36,196 bases of DNA from Bdellovibrionales bacterium (GTDB lineage Bacteria; Bdellovibrionota; Bdellovibrionia; Bdellovibrionales; JAMPXM01), in NCBI GenBank assembly GCA_043716655.1, contig JAYSYF010000218.1, positions 1 through 36,196 on the forward strand. The letters are read 5' to 3'. Below the pieces are notes generated by a model that was not told where the DNA came from, did no database searches, and was given only the letters and a program-made list of their open reading frames with translations. Of this stretch, positions 33,598-36,196 are shown in pieces. The position numbers and the translations under genes are program-made. The first letter of the stretch is position 1. Every line of letters starts with the position of its first letter.

Positions 33598-34809
33598 TCA
33601 CAACGAGAGCGAGATCTCAAGTGTCGGTGCGCCCACATCTTTGGGACGTCGGCTATTTTCTAGCGCCTGAGCTAACTTCATCGTTTCGGTCGCCAATTTA
33701 GAAAAATCGACTTGGTCGTAACACATCGAAATCTTATCGCACGATCGTTTCCAGCATGGAGAGCACGGCGCAGCCGTCACGACCGCTGCACCACCGTAAA
33801 GATCGATTTCATGCGCGCACGTCGGTCCAAACCAAGCGACAACAGGCTTGTGAAATCCAATGGCCATATGCAGACCGAGACTGTCGCCAGAAACAACGAC
33901 ATCGCAGCTTGCGACGCTGACCATTCCATCCCGCAGTCCATTTTCAGTTTCGGATTCGGTCACGAGCAGCCCAAGAGCGGAAGAGCGGGAGGCAATTTCG
34001 CGATTTCGAATCGTGTCTTCTCCACCGCCAAGTAACACGATCGAGGCATTTTCCCCGTGTTGTGCATAATGAATTCGTTCGATTTCGAGCAAGAGCTTTA
34101 CATGCCCTTCGACCGACAATTTTTTTGCAGCAATGGTCGACGCACAACCTGTGTTGATGCCGATGATCGATCGTCGGCCGGCGAGGCTCCAAAGAAAACG
34201 GCGTTTCATAACTTCCGTTTGTTCCGTCTCATTCAAATGAAGCGAGTAACGATCACGTTTCCATGGACCCAGTTCGAGCGCTTCGTGTACAAGCTGCGTT
34301 TCAGGTTTTCGATTTACATTGAATTTCAAATGATCGGATAAGCCGATTTCCCAAAGCTTACGCGCCGCTTCGTTCGAAGGAATGATTGCGCCTGTCGCGG
34401 CATCAGCGGTGAATCCAAAGACTTCACGAGCATGCGTCGCTCTTAAAATACCGGCTGCCTTCATTGATTTGTCGATTACGAGTGCAACATCAAATGAAAG
34501 TACGCTGAGTGCGAGGACTCCGTCGGCATTCGCCACGATCACTTGATCGACGAGCGGATGTCCCTTCAACAGCATTTCTGCGGGACCGTCTGTGACCCAA
34601 GTGATATGTGCTTCAGGATACTTCGTACGGATTGCCGGCAACAATGCTGTCGATCGAACGACGGCGCCGAGGGCGCCGAGATGAACAAGCAACACGCGCG
34701 ATTTCGGAACATTGAAATGCGCACAAGCGCTCGTGCATTCCGAGGTCAATGAGTCGACTTTCCCACACGGCTTGTAGCCATTAAAAAACCGACAAGTAGT
34801 CTGTGCCAT
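33598..34809 (-). CDS. Glycosyltransferase family 9 with N-terminal Cys motif
   Basis: LGALGAVVRST, GDSLGLHMA and WFGPT; N-terminal CRFFNGYKPC...CTSAC. Confidence 0.88.
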   Translation of the reverse strand: MAQTTCRFFNGYKPCGKVDSLTSECTSACAHFNVPKSRVLLVHLGALGAVVRSTALLPAIRTKYPEAHITWVTDGPAEMLLKGHPLVDQVIVANADGVLALSVLSFDVALVIDKSMKAAGILRATHAREVFGFTADAATGAIIPSNEAARKLWEIGLSDHLKFNVNRKPETQLVHEALELGPWKRDRYSLHLNETEQTEVMKRRFLWSLAGRRSIIGINTGCASTIAAKKLSVEGHVKLLLEIERIHYAQHGENASIVLLGGGEDTIRNREIASRSSALGLLVTESETENGLRDGMVSVASCDVVVSGDSLGLHMAIGFHKPVVAWFGPTCAHEIDLYGGAAVVTAAPCSPCWKRSCDKISMCYDQVDFSKLATETMKLAQALENSRRPKDVGAPTLEISLSL

Positions 34810-34900
34810 TGCTTAATGTTAAACGGAAACGACAGATCAAGGTTTGAAACTCGAAAGCTCCCTAGACCTTTGGCGGGAGTCCACGCGTTCGCCAGACGAG

Positions 34901-36004
34901 CTAGCGTTTTATACGAGCCAGTGAGCCGACAATCGAACCGACTTTGATTTTGGTCTCCATGCGGACCATCAATTTCGAGTCGTCATCGGTTAGCCAGAAC
35001 AGGTTTGTACCAACATTGTGAGGCTTGCCGTCTTTCTCTGCGCTCGGACGAATAACAACGGTATTGATATCGCCCGCGACAGTACTGAGCTTTTCGCGGC
35101 GGAGAACTTCGCACGTGATAACGAGATTTTCGTTTTCGTGCGCCATATTGAATTTAATTTTTTTACCTGGCACGAGTTTAAAAACGCGCAGATACCAAAG
35201 CGAAGAGAAAATATTCTGCGCATACGGCAGCATTTCCCATTCAAGCTTCCGCTCTTCGACGCCGCCGTCTTTCGTAATCTTTTTGTCCCAGAACTTCATT
35301 TTACCCGGCTGCCCACCAGACAAGTCGTGAATGGCCCGTGCGTCCCGCAGAACTTTCGACTCTTTCACATCAAGCGCATAACTAAACGGGACTAGTGTTT
35401 CGAAATCGACAAGAGTTTCGGAATAATCGTCGACCTTATAAATCTTTTCGAAAACCGAAACCGTTTTCGCGATCGCATGAAACCGGTACGCTTTTTTTCC
35501 GTTTACTTCGACGAACGAACGCGTTTGCAACGTCAGTTCACCGGCGTCGAGTCCCCAGTATGAAATGTCGAGAACGACTTCCTCACCGACGCGATACGGA
35601 TCTTTCACCGGGCGACGCCCATTAAACCCTTCGTCATCTTCCCAACGCGGCTCGCGAGGTCCCTCGGGCACGACCGGCTTTACGGCCGCGGTTTTCGGCT
35701 TCGGAGTGGGTTTAGGTTTCGGCGTAGGCTTCGGTTTCGGTGTTGGTTTCGGCTTAACGACATTCCCTAGCGCATCGAGAACGATGACAGCAGGACCGGC
35801 CTCCGGCGGAGGTGTCGGCGCCGGAGTGGGCTCTGGAATTTCTTTAACGTTGATAGCCGTATCGAACTCTTGGTTCGCCAAAACTTTATCGGAGTTCTCG
35901 TATTTCAAAATGCCGCCAGCGCAGCCGACCACGAGGCCGACGGATGTCAGACCGACCAACAAACGACCGAACGTCGATTTTAAAATAGGAAATTTATTTT
36001 TCAT
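34901..36004 (-). CDS. DUF3108-like lipoprotein with Pro/Lys-rich linker
   Basis: Lipobox VVG-C; (PKPKPT)x3; [17 protein letters not shown]...[14 protein letters not shown]...KVGSI. ATG 36004 overlaps the upstream stop. Confidence 0.8.
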   Translation of the reverse strand: MKNKFPILKSTFGRLLVGLTSVGLVVGCAGGILKYENSDKVLANQEFDTAINVKEIPEPTPAPTPPPEAGPAVIVLDALGNVVKPKPTPKPKPTPKPKPTPKPKTAAVKPVVPEGPREPRWEDDEGFNGRRPVKDPYRVGEEVVLDISYWGLDAGELTLQTRSFVEVNGKKAYRFHAIAKTVSVFEKIYKVDDYSETLVDFETLVPFSYALDVKESKVLRDARAIHDLSGGQPGKMKFWDKKITKDGGVEERKLEWEMLPYAQNIFSSLWYLRVFKLVPGKKIKFNMAHENENLVITCEVLRREKLSTVAGDINTVVIRPSAEKDGKPHNVGTNLFWLTDDDSKLMVRMETKIKVGSIVGSLARIKR

Positions 36005-36196
36005 CCGAATCTTTTCCAACGGCGGTGAATCCACATCCATTGCTCTGGATGCTGGCGGACTATTTCCTCAATCTTATATGTATAGATCTGAGTCATGGAA
36101 GCGATGTTTTGGTCGACCTCATCATCAGCCGTGCCTTCACGTTCTCCTGATGAGGCATCTTGCCACGGAATTTCTGGCTCTATGACAATCACGTGG
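36001..36196 (-). CDS. Lipid A acyltransferase (LpxL/HtrB family), C-terminal part; 5' end beyond the window
   Basis: Signature [20 protein letters not shown]. Confidence 0.88.
   Translation of the reverse strand, partial: HVIVIEPEIPWQDASSGEREGTADDEVDQNIASMTQIYTYKIEEIVRQHPEQWMWIHRRWKRFG

Noticed and set aside
35565-36185. 206-aa Gly/Phe-repeat ORF, and a possible DNA VNTR at about 35695-35755
   Set aside because: Antisense reading of the PKPKPT linker; synonymous codons differ between units, so the repeat is at protein level.

Overview
Bacterial chromosomal window (about 50% GC, densely coding). Gene order and content point to a Bdellovibrionota / former delta-proteobacterial lineage (inference). 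Left to right: a >1030-aa orphan protein cut by the window edge; a SEC-C membrane protein; an ankyrin fragment; an SPFH + Zn-ribbon/TPR pair; tRNA-Arg(CCT); a PAS-PAS-GAF hybrid kinase; a six-gene minus-strand operon (TauE, DUF1634, cytochrome b, Mo oxidoreductase, secreted MsrA, secreted MsrB); divergent from it, a seven-gene plus-strand ECF sigma cluster (secreted helical protein, Cys-rich lipoprotein, ECF sigma, membrane anti-sigma, an unlisted 55-aa acidic protein, Tat-exported DUF3106-like protein, outer-membrane barrel); a membrane double-cNMP protein; ChrA; the ribF / aroE-like / pilB-pilT-pilC-pilS-pilR type IV pilus cluster; a CHASE2 kinase with a sigma54 regulator; a 64-bp-period intergenic repeat array; and an LPS cluster (two GT9, a DUF3108-like lipoprotein, partial lipid A acyltransferase). 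The best candidates for new biology are the divergent ECF / periplasmic methionine-repair locus (8422-16058), its 55-aa anti-sigma-tail mimic, the repeat array at about 32219-32423, and the tandem duplication between pilS and pilR. No integrase, transposase or cas gene was seen. All family calls come from motif recognition, not database searches.
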